Source of the DNA: a phage
Sequence record: PZ452602.1
Length of the DNA: 64,000 nucleotides
Reading direction: 5' to 3' (one strand)
The notes under the pieces were generated by a model. It was not told the origin of the DNA. It saw only the letters and a list, made by a program, of their open reading frames with translations, and did no database searches. This document shows positions 50,386 through 60,334 of the stretch, piece by piece. Position 1 is the first letter of the stretch; each line of letters starts with the position of its first letter. A program made the translations under genes and the position numbers.

Positions 50386-52199
50386 TGGTGTTTAACCCTA
50401 TGCATGATTTCTTTATTTTTACCGAGATTAAATCCGCGCTCGTTCGGATTTCCCAAATAACCACATGTTCTTCTTATGGTATTCATCTTTTTAGGATCAG
50501 TTTCTCCACAAATAGAACAAACAAATCCGTTTTCAGTAGGAGTCATTTCATGGGTACTTCCGCATGTAAAACACTTATCTACTGGCATGTTAACACCAAA
50601 ATAATCTAAATGCTGTGCAGCATAATCCCACACGGCCTCAAGACCTTTTAAGTTATTTTTCATATCAGGAAGTTCAACATAAGAAATGTGACCACCTGTC
50701 GCAATGAAATGATATGGCGCTTCACGAGAAATCTTTTCAAACGGAGTAATATTTTCTTCTACTGAAACATGAAAACTGTTAGTGTACCAACCTTTATCGG
50801 TAACATCTTTTACGCTTCCATATTTTTCTGTATCGAGTTTACAGAAGCGATAACAAAGGTTTTCAGCAGGAGTCGAATATAAACTAAAAGCAAATCCAGT
50901 TCTTTCAGTCCACTGTTTAAGATGAGCATTCATTTTAGTTAAAATTTCTCGTCCAATATCACGACCGACAAGAATATTCAATTCGTGAATACCAATGTAT
51001 CCTAAAGACACTGAACTTCTACCATTTTTAAATAACTCAATTATGTCATCATCAGGTTTAAGACGAACCCCGAATGCACCTTCTTGGTAAAGAATAGGAG
51101 CAACAGTTGCTTTAACTCCTTTTAAGGAACTAATTCTACACATCAAAGCTTCAAAACACAGATCCATTCGTTCATTAAATAGCTCAACAAATTTCTGTTC
51201 ATTGAACTGTGTTCCAATATAAGAATCTAACGCGATGCGAGGAAGATTCAGTGTTACAACACCAAGATTATTACGTCCATCAAGAATTTCATTACCAGTC
51301 GAATCTTTCCATACGCTCAAGAAACTACGGCATCCCATCGGAGAAACAGGAACAGATGAACCAGTGATAGCTTTATTGTTCTTAGCTGAAATAATATCAG
51401 GATACATCCTTTTGCTTGCACACTCTAGAGCAAGCTGCTTAATATCGTAGTTCGGATCGTCTTTATAAAGATTAACACCTTCTTCAACGAACATAACAAG
51501 CTTAGGGAAAATAGGAGTTATCCCATCACGACCGAGACCTTTAATACGATTTTTCAGAATTGCTTTCTGAATCATTCGTTCAGTCCAGTCAGTTCCTGTA
51601 CCAAATGTAATTGTTACAAAAGGTGTTTGTCCGTTTGAACTAAAGAGAGTATTTACTTCATATTCATAAGCTTGGAATGCATCGTATACATCTTTTTCTG
51701 TTTTAGATTGAGCATAATTCAACGCATCAGCGATTTGCCATTTTTCTGCATCCTCAATATGTTTTGCATAGGTGCGTTTAACATAAGGAGAAAGTACTTT
51801 ATCTACATTAGCAAAAGTCGTTCCGCCATATTGATGGGAAGCAACTTGCGCAGTAATTTGTGCCATAATTGCAGTAGCAACGCCAATTGATTTAGGAGTT
51901 TCAATCTGTGCATTACCAAGCTTAAATCCGTTCTCAAGCATTCCTTTTAAATCTACTAAACAACAATTAGTAAATGGAAGAGCAGGGGAATAATCAATAT
52001 CATGGAAATGAATAATTCCGCTTTCATGCGCTTTCATAATAAAAGACGGGACCATATTTTTGGAAATGTGTTTAGACACAATACCAGCCATAAGGTCCCG
52101 TTGAGTTGGAAAAACACGAGAATCTTTATTAGCATTCTCGTTTAAAAGGTCTTTATTAGTTTTATGAATCAATCCTTCAATTTCTTTTTCAATTGTCAT
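50382..52199 (-). CDS. nrdD: anaerobic ribonucleoside-triphosphate reductase NrdD, uninterrupted
   Basis: 605 aa; C-terminal glycyl-radical motif RTCGYLG and zinc ribbon CFTCG...CSICG. Confidence 0.95.
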   Translation of the reverse strand: MTIEKEIEGLIHKTNKDLLNENANKDSRVFPTQRDLMAGIVSKHISKNMVPSFIMKAHESGIIHFHDIDYSPALPFTNCCLVDLKGMLENGFKLGNAQIETPKSIGVATAIMAQITAQVASHQYGGTTFANVDKVLSPYVKRTYAKHIEDAEKWQIADALNYAQSKTEKDVYDAFQAYEYEVNTLFSSNGQTPFVTITFGTGTDWTERMIQKAILKNRIKGLGRDGITPIFPKLVMFVEEGVNLYKDDPNYDIKQLALECASKRMYPDIISAKNNKAITGSSVPVSPMGCRSFLSVWKDSTGNEILDGRNNLGVVTLNLPRIALDSYIGTQFNEQKFVELFNERMDLCFEALMCRISSLKGVKATVAPILYQEGAFGVRLKPDDDIIELFKNGRSSVSLGYIGIHELNILVGRDIGREILTKMNAHLKQWTERTGFAFSLYSTPAENLCYRFCKLDTEKYGSVKDVTDKGWYTNSFHVSVEENITPFEKISREAPYHFIATGGHISYVELPDMKNNLKGLEAVWDYAAQHLDYFGVNMPVDKCFTCGSTHEMTPTENGFVCSICGETDPKKMNTIRRTCGYLGNPNERGFNLGKNKEIMHRVKHQ

Positions 52200-52669
52200 T
52201 TTAAACTCTTTCTAAGCTGCTTCTTAAATGAAGCTATTAATTGTGTTTTAGTGTCAGATTCATTATATTCAAATCCTCTTTGAAGCATCTCAGCCATCAT
52301 TTCCTCTTTTCCTAAACGAGAAAATTCCTTTGATTTATCTCCAACAAAGTTAGGGTGAATATTATTTTGGGTGTAATCGGATTTTAAATAAGTAAGTAAA
52401 TTTTCTAACCATTCAAGATAATCAACACCTTGTCCCTTTAAGCCAGAACGATTAAATTTATGTTTCATTTGACCTTCTGCGGCATTGCAGAGATTACAAA
52501 GCAATCCACGTACCTTTCCTGCTTTTGGTCCATTTAATTCATGGTCATGATCAAGATGATTAGCTTGAACATCAGGATTTAGTTCTCGTTGGCAAATTAA
52601 ACATTTACCATTTTGTGCATCATAAAATTTCTGTTTTTCTTCTTTATATAATTTGCCAGTCAATAACAT
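52196..52669 (-). CDS. 49: endonuclease VII (Holliday junction resolvase) gp49
   Basis: 157 aa; Zn-binding CLICQ...CNLCN with HLDHDH H-N-H motif. Confidence 0.93.
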   Translation of the reverse strand: MLLTGKLYKEEKQKFYDAQNGKCLICQRELNPDVQANHLDHDHELNGPKAGKVRGLLCNLCNAAEGQMKHKFNRSGLKGQGVDYLEWLENLLTYLKSDYTQNNIHPNFVGDKSKEFSRLGKEEMMAEMLQRGFEYNESDTKTQLIASFKKQLRKSLK

Positions 52670-52710
52670 AATAAACCCTTACCTTAAATAGATAAGGGTA
52701 TTTATTATTT

Positions 52711-53196
52711 TCAAGTATTGTAAAACACTTGATTCAATCGCTTATATTGCCGAATCTTTTGGTCAGAAAAAGAAATTTGGGTTTCAAGCCATTCAATATA
52801 TTCTGCCGCAGCTTGCATCAAATTTCCTTCATAGCCATCGTTATTTTCTTGTGCAGCTAATTTAGCTAATGCATATGAAATACGTTCACCTTGAAAATCG
52901 GCTTTAGGCTTCTGAACAACTTGATTAGTTCGCTCTACAACTTCTTCAATTTCGCCATTTTCGACTGATTCAGTATTCCACAAGCACCAATACGTAATTG
53001 GCTTATCGTAGATGTTAATAATCTTTCCATCAGAAAGTTCAATTTCAATAATTCCAGTGTCAGGCTCTATATCATCTTCACATTCTTTTGCAAGTTCACG
53101 AACTTTAAAGACAGTACCTGCACTAAGTTCCGGCCAGTAATTACACAGCCCTGTATCAGCACGATTAATTCTAAACCACTTATCTACTGTAATCAT
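52711..53196 (-). CDS. pin: Pin-position protein (inhibitor of host Lon protease)
   Basis: Track ORF trimmed to MITVDKWF..., giving 161 aa; position after gene 49. Confidence 0.6.
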   Translation of the reverse strand: MITVDKWFRINRADTGLCNYWPELSAGTVFKVRELAKECEDDIEPDTGIIEIELSDGKIINIYDKPITYWCLWNTESVENGEIEEVVERTNQVVQKPKADFQGERISYALAKLAAQENNDGYEGNLMQAAAEYIEWLETQISFSDQKIRQYKRLNQVFYNT

Positions 53197-53319
53197 GTCC
53201 CATCTCCATATCAATTAAGTCATTTATCGTTGGTTCATTATATACTGTTTCTTCATCAGTGTAAACCGGTTCTTCCGGCTCTGGCTCTACAGTTTCCCAT
53301 CTAGCCGCCCACCAAGGTT

Positions 53320-53640
53320 TTATAGCGTAATCCATTCTCGTACTGTCTGAGTTACTACACGTTCACGGGGCTCGACTAGTTCAACAGTCGGAACTGCATA
53401 ATACCAATCAGAATGATAAGAACCTGACCGAGATTCATTTACAGCCACATGTACATTATGTTTTGGACTAAAGTAAACACACTGACGATATTGACATTTA
53501 CCATCTTGCACCCAGTCTTCTATTTCGACAGGTTTAAGATAATCGGAAAAATCGAAATCATAGTTTTCCGAAAATGCATCATGGTCTTCAATGATTTCGC
53601 TCAGAACTGCATCAACATCTAATTTATTTTCAATAGTCAT
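53320..53640 (-). CDS. hypothetical protein
   Basis: 106-aa ORF. Confidence 0.5.
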   Translation of the reverse strand: MTIENKLDVDAVLSEIIEDHDAFSENYDFDFSDYLKPVEIEDWVQDGKCQYRQCVYFSPKHNVHVAVNESRSGSYHSDWYYAVPTVELVEPRERVVTQTVREWITL

Positions 53641-53650
53641 TTTTCACCAA

Positions 53651-53860
53651 TTAATTTCGCAATTTATTAAGTTCTTCATCATCAATCCAGGATTCTAGTC
53701 CTGATGGCAGGTCACATTCAATTTCCCAAAGAAGTTCTTCAATTTTCTGAAGACGATCTAGTTCTTCGGCTGGAATAGTAACCATTGACGGAGCTCGTGA
53801 TACATTAATATCGTAAATCATATTTACCCCAGTTTGACCATGCAATCGCCGTATTTCCAC
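53651..53860 (-). CDS. small hypothetical protein
   Basis: 69-aa ORF. Confidence 0.5.
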   Translation of the reverse strand: MEIRRLHGQTGVNMIYDINVSRAPSMVTIPAEELDRLQKIEELLWEIECDLPSGLESWIDDEELNKLRN

Positions 53861-54039
53861 TTAGAAATAGACTTTTCGCCATTAAAATAATAAACTTCGA
53901 GTTTAGCACGATTATTTTTAATTTGAATAACCTTGGCTGTCATCAAAGTTCCATACCCATAATAAACTGCAACTTCATCACCTACATATACCGCGCTTCC
54001 GCGGTAATCATGAATATAGTCAGTTCCTTCGAGCATCAT
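53824..54039 (-). CDS. small hypothetical protein
   Basis: 71-aa ORF. Confidence 0.5.
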   Translation of the reverse strand: MMLEGTDYIHDYRGSAVYVGDEVAVYYGYGTLMTAKVIQIKNNRAKLEVYYFNGEKSISKWKYGDCMVKLG

Positions 54040-54299
54040 TTAAAATATTCTCGCAGTTGGTCAAATCCACCAATATGACTTCCATCAGGAGCAAATACCT
54101 GAGGCATTGTCAAGCCGATTTGAGTATCACGACCTAGTTTAGTCAGAAGCTCAGCGATTTTCTCATCATCAAAAACACCTTTTTCCGGCATAATGTTGAT
54201 AAATTCAAACGGCTGTTTCTTCACAGTCAAAAGACGTTTTGCATTATCGCAATACACGCATTTATGAATGTTGCTATCATAACCATATACTTTAAACAT
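54036..54299 (-). CDS. nrdC: thioredoxin (glutaredoxin) NrdC
   Basis: 87 aa; CVYC active site, as recalled for T4 thioredoxin. Confidence 0.93.
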   Translation of the reverse strand: MFKVYGYDSNIHKCVYCDNAKRLLTVKKQPFEFINIMPEKGVFDDEKIAELLTKLGRDTQIGLTMPQVFAPDGSHIGGFDQLREYFK

Positions 54300-54300
54300 A

Positions 54301-54543
54301 TTATTCCTTAATTCCTAGTACTTGTTTAAAAGTCTCGTCGTAATCAAGACTTTGGCCCGTTTGTTCTTTATGTTTGTATATAATATCACTTACTTCTGAT
54401 AGCATATTTTTATATGAACGAGTTAAAGCAGATTTAAGCACGCTGTATCTATCAGGAAATTTACCGTGTTCATTATAATAAGCTATTGCTAATTCACGGA
54501 CTGCCTTTTCAGCAGCCTCCATATATTCTTTACGCTTGGTCAT
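54301..54543 (-). CDS. small hypothetical protein
   Basis: 80-aa ORF. Confidence 0.5.
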   Translation of the reverse strand: MTKRKEYMEAAEKAVRELAIAYYNEHGKFPDRYSVLKSALTRSYKNMLSEVSDIIYKHKEQTGQSLDYDETFKQVLGIKE

Positions 54544-54545
54544 TT

Positions 54546-54935
54546 TTAATCCAAAATATTATTAGGCATTGGTTGAACACTCACAAGTTCTTTAAAGAAC
54601 TCAGTAGAGTCAGGCAATTTAACCATTTCCGGAGCATGCTTACTGAATTTATGTTTACATTGACGGCATTTATATTCAAGCTCTGGTTTACGCCAGTTAA
54701 TCAATTGAACTTGTTCAGTACCGCATTCAGGGCAATTAGGAACGTTTTTAGAAGCTCTTTCACGTCGTTCAACCATAGCCATAATAGCATCCCATGCTGG
54801 AGGTTTAAAATCTAAATCGTCGCAGCCGTGAATCTTTCCACGCATTTCCATATCATCTTCCTCACCAGCCATAATAATTTTAATTAAACTGGAATTACTT
54901 GAAGCTGCAATGTCTTCTAATAAACGCTTTTTCAT
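54546..54935 (-). CDS. zinc-ribbon protein
   Basis: 129 aa; CPECG...CRQCKH two CxxC pairs. Confidence 0.55.
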   Translation of the reverse strand: MKKRLLEDIAASSNSSLIKIIMAGEEDDMEMRGKIHGCDDLDFKPPAWDAIMAMVERRERASKNVPNCPECGTEQVQLINWRKPELEYKCRQCKHKFSKHAPEMVKLPDSTEFFKELVSVQPMPNNILD

Positions 54936-55858
54936 TTTAATACCTCAATAGCATTACGTAAACCATTTGCTTTGGCGGTTAAAGCCTTAAGAACTTTAGT
55001 ATGCTCTTCAATTTGTTTTTCAACTTCAGTCAAACGGACATTGAGATATTCACGTTCTTCTTTCATAGTATCATTTCCATGATTGGATTTTGGTGTAGGT
55101 TTAAATTCACTAGGGTCCTTTAATTTAATAACAAATTTAGTTTCAAACAGTGAAAGACCATAATTCGTATTATCATCAAAGGATTTGACTACATCCATAT
55201 CAGATAATAACACGCGCAAATTATAAGCCAAAGAACTAATAGTTTCATTGTGTTTATTAGCTTCGCGTGGTTTCATATACGGAAGATTTTTATATATCTC
55301 ATGCGGAGCGCAAACGATAATTGACAATTCAAATTGTCCATTCTGGGACGATGGAATGAATTTAGCCGTAACCCAGTCTTTTACATTCACATTAATAGTA
55401 CGGTTATCACCATGACAAAACAGTCTACGAGAATGCTTAAAAAGCATATTCACGTTATTATTGAATTCGTGTGAAAATTCACTAGCAAATTTTTCTTTAC
55501 TATCTTTAGAAAACCATTCTTCTAAATAAGTTCTTTTCACGTCGTTAATAATATTAAATGTAACAACACTAGCATTTGATACATTAGTCTTAATGTAGCT
55601 TGGATACATAAATTTTTTAACATTATTAACAGCTATCACGGAAGATAGTAATCGGGAACGTTTGAACCACTCGAGCAAAGAACCAAGAGAATGTGAATAC
55701 GCATTTTGTGTATCTTTACAAATATGGTTTTCCCATCCAATATAGTCTAAAAAATCACGAAGAATATTATTGATTACTGCTCTGTGCCCGATCTGATAAT
55801 TACGGTGTTTAGTAATAAGACTGTCAAAATAATCAATATAATGTTTACGAGTTTTCAT
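54932..55858 (-). CDS. hypothetical protein with C-terminal coiled coil (tandem paralog A)
   Basis: 308 aa; N-terminus MKTRKHYIDYFDSLI; C-terminal heptad-like segment. Confidence 0.6.
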   Translation of the reverse strand: MKTRKHYIDYFDSLITKHRNYQIGHRAVINNILRDFLDYIGWENHICKDTQNAYSHSLGSLLEWFKRSRLLSSVIAVNNVKKFMYPSYIKTNVSNASVVTFNIINDVKRTYLEEWFSKDSKEKFASEFSHEFNNNVNMLFKHSRRLFCHGDNRTINVNVKDWVTAKFIPSSQNGQFELSIIVCAPHEIYKNLPYMKPREANKHNETISSLAYNLRVLLSDMDVVKSFDDNTNYGLSLFETKFVIKLKDPSEFKPTPKSNHGNDTMKEEREYLNVRLTEVEKQIEEHTKVLKALTAKANGLRNAIEVLK

Positions 55859-55910
55859 ATTCTTCTCACTTGGTTAATGGTTTATACTCCGAGCCATCCT
55901 TGGCTTTAAA

Positions 55911-56912
55911 TTACTTAATTAACTGTAAAGCTTGTTCAAGACGATCAAGACGATTAACGGATTCTTCCCAAATCTTTTTAGCCTGCTCATATTCTTTCTG
56001 CGCTTTATTAGAAATTTCTAGAACTTCTTTATAAGCTTTTTCTAATGCAATAACTTCTGAACGAATTTCTACCGGTTCAGGTGAATCATCAAGACATTCC
56101 ATTAGTTCCTCAAGGGTAGTTTCTTCTTTAGGAGTATTCACAATTTCATCACATTTTTGCTGGTAAATTTCTTTATCAGTCGGTGAGCACGCACACTTTA
56201 CTTCACGAAGGCTAATTATAATTTTATATCCTTCCCAACCACACATATTTTTGAAAGGATATGTATGAATACTTTTTACAGTTTCCATACAGCCCAAAAC
56301 CGCCTCTAATTGATAAGTTATAGTGCTAGCAATTGAGAAAAATTTATTAATATTCTTTTGGTTAGCGTTTGGTGTAAAAAATCCATAATTCACAAAAATA
56401 GCTACTTTATTTTCATCAAGCTCATATTCTTTTACGATAATCATATCAGAAGCCAAAGGATGAATTTGACGATAATCGCCATAACATAATTTAGAAGCTG
56501 ATTTTAGAATTTGTCCTTTGAAAAGTCTGAAATTACTAATCCAACGACGAGTAAAAATATTCTCAGGATCTTCTTTATTATTAAGATGATAAGAATTAAC
56601 ATCACCGAACCAATTATATCCTACTACATCTTTAGTTCGTTTAATTTCTTTCCCAAATTTACTAAGAATATCTCTGTTGACTAAGTATGAAAGAAGACGA
56701 GACCCTTTAAAGGTTTTCTTAATGTCATCTTTATCTGTACGACTAGAAATTTCACGAACTTCATGAATAAATTTGCCGGAAGAAACAATACTTGCATTAG
56801 TATTATTGAGCCATTGATTGATAATAGAAATCACACTATTCTTACTAGACATAGGTTTAACTTTATCATCAATAACGCTGTTGAACGATTTAATATATTC
56901 GTTGCGAGTCAT
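55911..56912 (-). CDS. hypothetical protein with C-terminal coiled coil (tandem paralog B)
   Basis: Track ORF trimmed to MTRNEYIKSFNSVID after SD, since the -10 of an early promoter overlaps the track start; about 333 aa. Confidence 0.6.
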   Translation of the reverse strand: MTRNEYIKSFNSVIDDKVKPMSSKNSVISIINQWLNNTNASIVSSGKFIHEVREISSRTDKDDIKKTFKGSRLLSYLVNRDILSKFGKEIKRTKDVVGYNWFGDVNSYHLNNKEDPENIFTRRWISNFRLFKGQILKSASKLCYGDYRQIHPLASDMIIVKEYELDENKVAIFVNYGFFTPNANQKNINKFFSIASTITYQLEAVLGCMETVKSIHTYPFKNMCGWEGYKIIISLREVKCACSPTDKEIYQQKCDEIVNTPKEETTLEELMECLDDSPEPVEIRSEVIALEKAYKEVLEISNKAQKEYEQAKKIWEESVNRLDRLEQALQLIK

Positions 56913-56936
56913 ATTAATCTCCTCAGTAGAAAGTAA

Positions 56937-56975
56937 GAACATTATACCACATCCTTGTGGCGAAGTAAACTAGTT
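56937..56975 (-). promoter_or_regulatory. T4-type early promoter (GTTTAC-N18-TATAAT)
   Basis: Minus strand CTAGTTTACTTCGCCACAAGGATGTGGTATAAT. Confidence 0.7.
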
Positions 56976-57974
56976 TAGTGCATTTAGTGCGTTGTTCAAT
57001 TTAGAACGTTGCTTCGTGAGATTTTTTACTTTTTCTTGGGCTTTTTCTAGCATCTTTTCAGCTTCTAACACTTCATTAGTTGCTTTAACGAGTTCATCAT
57101 CTACTGCCTTGATAGACTTCTCAATCGCATCCGCGTGCCATTTTTCAACAGGTTTAAGACTCGGATTTTCAACAGGAAGAAAATTCACTTTATTGAATTT
57201 CCATGCATCATTATTACCTGAACTATACATCCAAAATTTAGGATCGTTTGATGAGTAATTAGTTTGGGGTTCAGGTTTTTTCTCTTGTGTAACTTCGTCC
57301 TTTCTCAAAAAATCATATTTAAATGAAACGATCATATCAAGTTCATATGTTGTCGTATCTAATTTAAATCGTTCGAAATGCTGCGAAATCTTAGATTGAA
57401 CAGCAGCAACAACATCCATATACTTAAATGCTTCTGTCAGCTGTGATTTAAGACATTCACAAATTGAAAGAGAATTTTTAGTACTAGGTTTAAAGCTAAT
57501 TCGTGCAGTTCTATTATTTTCTTTTAATGGTCTTACTTCCATCTGAAGAGTATAACCATCAAATTTCAGATTCTTTAAGTTAATATCAGAGCCCTTTAAT
57601 CGACTAGCAGTAGACAAAATTTGCTTTAATTGTTTACGAAATAGAGCAATAAATCTCCATTCAATACGATAATGATTTGGATTAAAAAATCCTGTTGATA
57701 AATCAACCTTACTCTGACCAACGCCTTGAACAAATAGAGGATTTTTATAATCAATAGTTTTACAGAAATCGGTGAGCTGCTCACGAGCAGTCATTTGAGT
57801 AATATACCCTGCTTCATTAAAATGACGTAACCATTCACTGCTATTCATATACTTAAAGTGAATATCACGATTAACTTTATCAGGGTCTAAATTATTTTGG
57901 CACAAAAATGTCATAACATTACGGGTATAGCTGGCATTACGAACCATATCTTCAATTTGAGAACGAGTTTTCAT
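56970..57974 (-). CDS. hypothetical protein with C-terminal coiled coil (tandem paralog C)
   Basis: 334 aa; N-terminus MKTRSQIEDMVRNAS; C-terminal heptad-like segment. Confidence 0.6.
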   Translation of the reverse strand: MKTRSQIEDMVRNASYTRNVMTFLCQNNLDPDKVNRDIHFKYMNSSEWLRHFNEAGYITQMTAREQLTDFCKTIDYKNPLFVQGVGQSKVDLSTGFFNPNHYRIEWRFIALFRKQLKQILSTASRLKGSDINLKNLKFDGYTLQMEVRPLKENNRTARISFKPSTKNSLSICECLKSQLTEAFKYMDVVAAVQSKISQHFERFKLDTTTYELDMIVSFKYDFLRKDEVTQEKKPEPQTNYSSNDPKFWMYSSGNNDAWKFNKVNFLPVENPSLKPVEKWHADAIEKSIKAVDDELVKATNEVLEAEKMLEKAQEKVKNLTKQRSKLNNALNALN

Positions 57975-57982
57975 AGTGTTCC

Positions 57983-58891
57983 TTAAGATTTAAGTAAATC
58001 AACAATTTTAATTAATTTTTCACGCTCAGATTTAGCTTTACTACTCAATCCAGATAGTCTGAAAATTTCATCGTCATACTGTTGAATAGAAATATTCAGC
58101 TCTTCAATTTGCTTATTAAAATAATCAATTTGCTCAGAATGTTTTTCATTACTGCGAACTGGTACAGGTTTTGTAGGCAATTTAGTTAAACTGGATTCAT
58201 CCGGGCGATAAATTAAAATACAACTTGAACCAATCGGGCATTTAGCACCAGACACATATTCTAATGTTCCGGCTTCTTTTAAAACTTCAAAAGCTAAACA
58301 GAGATGATGCCCCATATTAACATAATCTGTAGAGCGAGCTCTGACGTAATAATCATCGCCGCGAATACTAAATTTAAAGCATTTAAGGTCTTCTGTATTA
58401 TTGGTCTTAAAAATCATTTGTTTATCTAGACCTTTAGCTAATCTAGCGCCTAATGCTAATAATCGTCGTTGATTTTCCCACAAATCCGCAATCATTTGAT
58501 CGAATGACAATTTCGGCATTAGTCTACCATAAAGGTCATATCCTTTATTATAATTGCGAAGAATTTCACTCGCGTTAATACGAGACAACGCTCCAATTTT
58601 ATTAAGGGCTTTCATGATGCGATTAGATAAACCCATTCCAGACCCGTTTGTTCGTTGTAAATGTTTATCTAATCCAAACCCAATATCAACTTTAAATTTA
58701 TCTAAAATTTCAGCATGAACATCTCTGTCAATAACATTCAAATCCAAAGTTGGGTTAAATCTATGAAAAAATTTATCTGGCTCTCCACGACGAAGTACAG
58801 TCCATTCATTCAATTTTTTATTAACTAAAGATTTAATTACTGCATTGACATTATTAATTACTACTGACATATTTTCCTCACTCAATTTCAA
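57983..58891 (-). CDS. hypothetical protein with C-terminal coiled coil (tandem paralog D)
   Basis: 302 aa; C-terminal heptad-like segment. Confidence 0.55.
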   Translation of the reverse strand: MKLSEENMSVVINNVNAVIKSLVNKKLNEWTVLRRGEPDKFFHRFNPTLDLNVIDRDVHAEILDKFKVDIGFGLDKHLQRTNGSGMGLSNRIMKALNKIGALSRINASEILRNYNKGYDLYGRLMPKLSFDQMIADLWENQRRLLALGARLAKGLDKQMIFKTNNTEDLKCFKFSIRGDDYYVRARSTDYVNMGHHLCLAFEVLKEAGTLEYVSGAKCPIGSSCILIYRPDESSLTKLPTKPVPVRSNEKHSEQIDYFNKQIEELNISIQQYDDEIFRLSGLSSKAKSEREKLIKIVDLLKS

Positions 58892-59285
58892 TTTTACTAA
58901 ATATACAGAATAAGATGGAACAGACTATATAAGCACCACACACAGATTGAACTAATACCATTCCAAAGAACCAAACAATATTATCAAACAATGTCTGTTT
59001 TACGTCGAAAGGACGTAAACTTACAGTAATATTATCACCTTTTTCTATTGAAGAATACATCTCCGGTGAAATATATTCGCTAAATCTATAACCGTCATTT
59101 AGTTCATATACGGCAATAAACGATAAACTAGACCCCTTTCCTTGAGTTCCTGTAAAGGTATTAACTACAGTAACATCATAATCTTTATAATGCATATAAT
59201 CATTAATAGCATAATAACCATATGCAACTACTACGCATAAACAACATATCAATAAATTCAATCTTTTAATTATCAACTGTTTCAT
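58878..59285 (-). CDS. membrane protein (N- and C-terminal TM helices)
   Basis: 135 aa; hydrophobic segments LLICCLCVVVAYGYYAI and IVWFFGMVLVQSVCGAYIVCSILFCIF. Confidence 0.55.
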   Translation of the reverse strand: MKQLIIKRLNLLICCLCVVVAYGYYAINDYMHYKDYDVTVVNTFTGTQGKGSSLSFIAVYELNDGYRFSEYISPEMYSSIEKGDNITVSLRPFDVKQTLFDNIVWFFGMVLVQSVCGAYIVCSILFCIFSKIEIE

Positions 59286-59317
59286 AATAATAATCTCAAT
59301 TAAAAGGGCTTAGAACC

Positions 59318-59342
59318 ATTATACCATCCTTGGTATAAAGCG
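59318..59342 (-). promoter_or_regulatory. candidate MotA-dependent middle promoter (cGCTTTA-N12-TATAAT)
   Basis: Minus strand CGCTTTATACCAAGGATGGTATAAT upstream of the membrane-protein ORF. Confidence 0.4.
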
Positions 59343-59343
59343 G

Positions 59344-59871
59344 TTATGCGAGTACCGTCTTTAACCGTTCTTCAAACTTCCGAAGAGTATTTTGGCGTTC
59401 AGCTCTTTGCTTTTTGTAAGTTTCAATACGCTCTGAAATGAGAGTGTATCGTTCATTTACTGATTCTTTCATAAAATCAGGAATTTCACGAGAAGCTTTA
59501 ATCTCGTCAAATTTATCAATAACAGCTTGCTCTTCAGCAATTAAGTTATCATACATCAAAATATCTTTCTTGATGAACTCAATATCTTCTTGAGTTACAC
59601 GAGATAATTTAGATGCTTTATCCTTTTTGTACTGTTCGTTAGTATCACGAGACCAGTGTAATGTACGATTTTTATTCGTATTCTTGTAAATTTCTACAAT
59701 ACCAATCTCATCGATAATAACGATCCAATTCCAACGGGATTTGTAAATTTGTCCTCCATCAACAGTGATTTCACCTCCGATTGAGATGTCATTAAAGAAC
59801 TTGCTTTGTGCTTCAGATTTAAATTTACCATCGTTGTAATTTACCAAGTTGAAAATATCTTTAGCGTTCAT
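59344..59871 (-). CDS. hypothetical protein with C-terminal coiled coil
   Basis: 175 aa; SD GGAGGAAC; directly downstream of early promoter. Confidence 0.55.
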   Translation of the reverse strand: MNAKDIFNLVNYNDGKFKSEAQSKFFNDISIGGEITVDGGQIYKSRWNWIVIIDEIGIVEIYKNTNKNRTLHWSRDTNEQYKKDKASKLSRVTQEDIEFIKKDILMYDNLIAEEQAVIDKFDEIKASREIPDFMKESVNERYTLISERIETYKKQRAERQNTLRKFEERLKTVLA

Positions 59872-59894
59872 TTTTGTTCCTCCGTAGTTGATAG

Positions 59895-59932
59895 TTGTAT
59901 AGTACCACAGAGGAACGGTCTTGTAAACAACT
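59895..59932 (-). promoter_or_regulatory. T4-type early promoter (GTTTAC-N18-TACTAT)
   Basis: Minus strand GTTGTTTACAAGACCGTTCCTCTGTGGTACTAT. Confidence 0.7.
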
Positions 59933-60245
59933 AAAAGAAACTTCTTTCACAATTTTTTCCACTGAACCAAGCGCTCACTGCTTTCTTAGTCTCAGGAGCA
60001 GTGTTATCCATAAACCATTCAAAGGCAGCCTTTTTATGATTCTGGAGGGCTTCTCGGGCTTTAATCTGCTCACGGTCTATTAACACTAACATATGAGCCT
60101 TTCTTGTCACCAAGGGCTTCTTATGATTTTTTGAATACTCCCAATCATTTGTCCATCGCATCGTTGTTGCGAACTGAAATACTGCTTCTTTAATTTTAGT
60201 TTCGTAAATTTCACGAGCCTTTGAGTATAACATCATTACCTCCAT
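59931..60245 (-). CDS. hypothetical protein
   Basis: 104-aa ORF. Confidence 0.5.
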   Translation of the reverse strand: MEVMMLYSKAREIYETKIKEAVFQFATTMRWTNDWEYSKNHKKPLVTRKAHMLVLIDREQIKAREALQNHKKAAFEWFMDNTAPETKKAVSAWFSGKNCERSFF

Positions 60246-60334
60246 TTACCAGTTTAATTCTAGTCATCTTTTTAATGGCAGTCCATATAATCTATTTCTG
60301 AACTGCCTTTTTGTCATAGAAGGCCTCTTATGAA

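Noticed and set aside
50382-52199. Group I intron or homing endonuclease in nrdD, as in T4
   Set aside because: The ORF is continuous at 605 aa with no internal stop or inserted endonuclease ORF, so this genome appears to lack the intron.
60284-60320. Plus-strand hairpin GGCAGT-N19-ACTGCC followed by TTTTTG
   Set aside because: Short 6-bp stem with a 19-nt loop on the non-transcribed strand; weak and not in a sensible terminator context.
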